From contig OZ076416.1 in the NCBI GenBank assembly GCA_964187785.1, forward strand, positions 29,140,001-29,204,000: 64,000 nucleotides of DNA, written 5' to 3'. Numbering within the stretch: position 1 is the stretch's first letter; every line of letters begins with the position of its first letter. Of the stretch, positions 62,786-64,000 are shown piece after piece. The position numbers and the translations under genes were made by a program. The stretch is from Amphiscolops sp. MND2022 (Eukaryota). The notes under the pieces are model-generated. The model did not search any database, was not told where the DNA came from, and saw nothing but the letters and a program-made list of their open reading frames with translations.

Positions 62786-63007
62786 TAATCACCCAGAGGA
62801 TGTAACTATATTGCATTGTTACAATGGTAGCAAAGTATAATATACATCAAACAAAACTCAGGAATTAAGGTTTATTGCACTGAAAGTTTTCAGCACCAGT
62901 AAGATGGTGTAACACAACTAAAATCAAGAATTGGCATTAGTACATTGATGATAGGGTCCTTTATGCTCAATTGTGTTCTAACAGTCTTGAGGGTCCAGAG
63001 GACTCCT

Positions 63008-63783
63008 TTATTCCAGCAGTTGATCCTGTGGGGCTTCTTGGACTGAGGTGTTGCCCATGGCATCCACCGTATTCTGATACTCTTCGTCTATGGTCAGCAG
63101 ATTATTGAGCTCTGACTCTATGTCCGCTGCTTCCAAGTTCAAGATATTGGTTTCCACTTCGTCTCTTACAGGAGTAGTGGCGTCAGAGAACGTGAAGTTA
63201 TTATCAATCATAGGTTCCTCTGATGGTGGCATGACGCCTGGCACATCATCTTGTGCCCCTTCCACCAATATTTCATTGGAGTCTTGACTCATGTGGGGCG
63301 TGGGAAAGACGGTGCGAGAGCTGCCAGAGGCAGCTTCGCTCAAATCGCTAATTCCTGGGATAGCTTCGACTGATTCCAAGTTCGGCAGACCGTCCGCTAA
63401 TTCTTGATGGCCATATTGGATGAACAGCTGCCTGAACGTTCGTATTCCCCTAGCGTATTCTTCGCCCACGGCTCGAGTACGTTCTCGCTGGAGACCATGC
63501 AGACGCACGAATATCTCTAGTGCCATACGCGGGTTGCTGGGAACGTCAGTGTTCACGGGCAAATCTTTCTTGCTTGGTTCTTTTGCTACTGTCGGAATAG
63601 TTGTCGGTAGCTGTTGGAAGGTCTGGTGTATAGCGAGGTCCACGAGCTCTGGCTGGGCCCAACATGTAATAGTATTCAAGATTCTGGCGGTATGCTCACG
63701 GGGTTCTGTTCTTGTACAATATATTCTGGAAGTGTCACACGCATAGGGATACAATAACCTAGTAGGTTCTTCTCCTTTTCGAC
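63008..63783 (-). pseudogene. Duplicated C-terminal half of the orphan ORF, fused out of frame to another ORF fragment (63676-63900)
   Basis: Peptide identical except for A>S and S>L changes. An upstream in-frame TGA and no ATG. Confidence 0.7.
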
Positions 63784-64000
63784 TTGTGCCATCCTTGGGT
63801 CCGCCCGTGGAGTCATTGGAGCGTCATTTTGTTCGTTGGGGGTGTCAACAATGCTGAGCTCACTGATGGGCCCTTGGTTGGAGTTTGGCCAGTTTTCCAA
63901 GCTGTAGTCAGTGACTTCCAGCGGAGGCCATGTGTTTCTTTGCGTGTTGTTCTCAGTATTATCCGGTAGATTGGTGCTATCGGGGGAGGCTCGTGAGGAG

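Larger units (their letters stand above)
61188..63783. repeat. Near-perfect 994-bp direct repeat (61188-62181 / 62790-63783)
   Basis: Offset 1602 bp; I count 3 substitutions. Confidence 0.97.

Overview
Repeat-rich eukaryotic genomic DNA, probably from an animal. The retroelement families resemble those I associate with acoel worms, but this is unverified. About two-thirds of the window is transposon-derived: two full-length Ty3/Gypsy elements with TSDs (19910-25280 and 35181-41293), an older Gypsy with a 3.5-kb internal tandem duplication, a BEL/Pao-like element running off the left edge, a related solo LTR, MITEs, a tRNA-SINE and a decayed hAT-like transposase. Two spliced host genes appear only as fragments in the ORF track. 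(1) A four-exon, ~805-aa plus-strand gene (18172-30899) fuses an SLC35E/triose-phosphate-translocator-family transporter, an extra TM anchor and an ExoV-like polysaccharide pyruvyltransferase; it is a candidate self-supplying Golgi glycan-pyruvylation unit. (2) A minus-strand armadillo-repeat gene (47389 to ~55158). In both genes the joins that keep frame and family motifs use non-GT 5' splice sites (GG, GA, GC) in 4-5 of 8 introns, always after exonic AG. This suggests a spliceosome relaxed at donor position +2. All gene models are manual and need RNA-seq confirmation.
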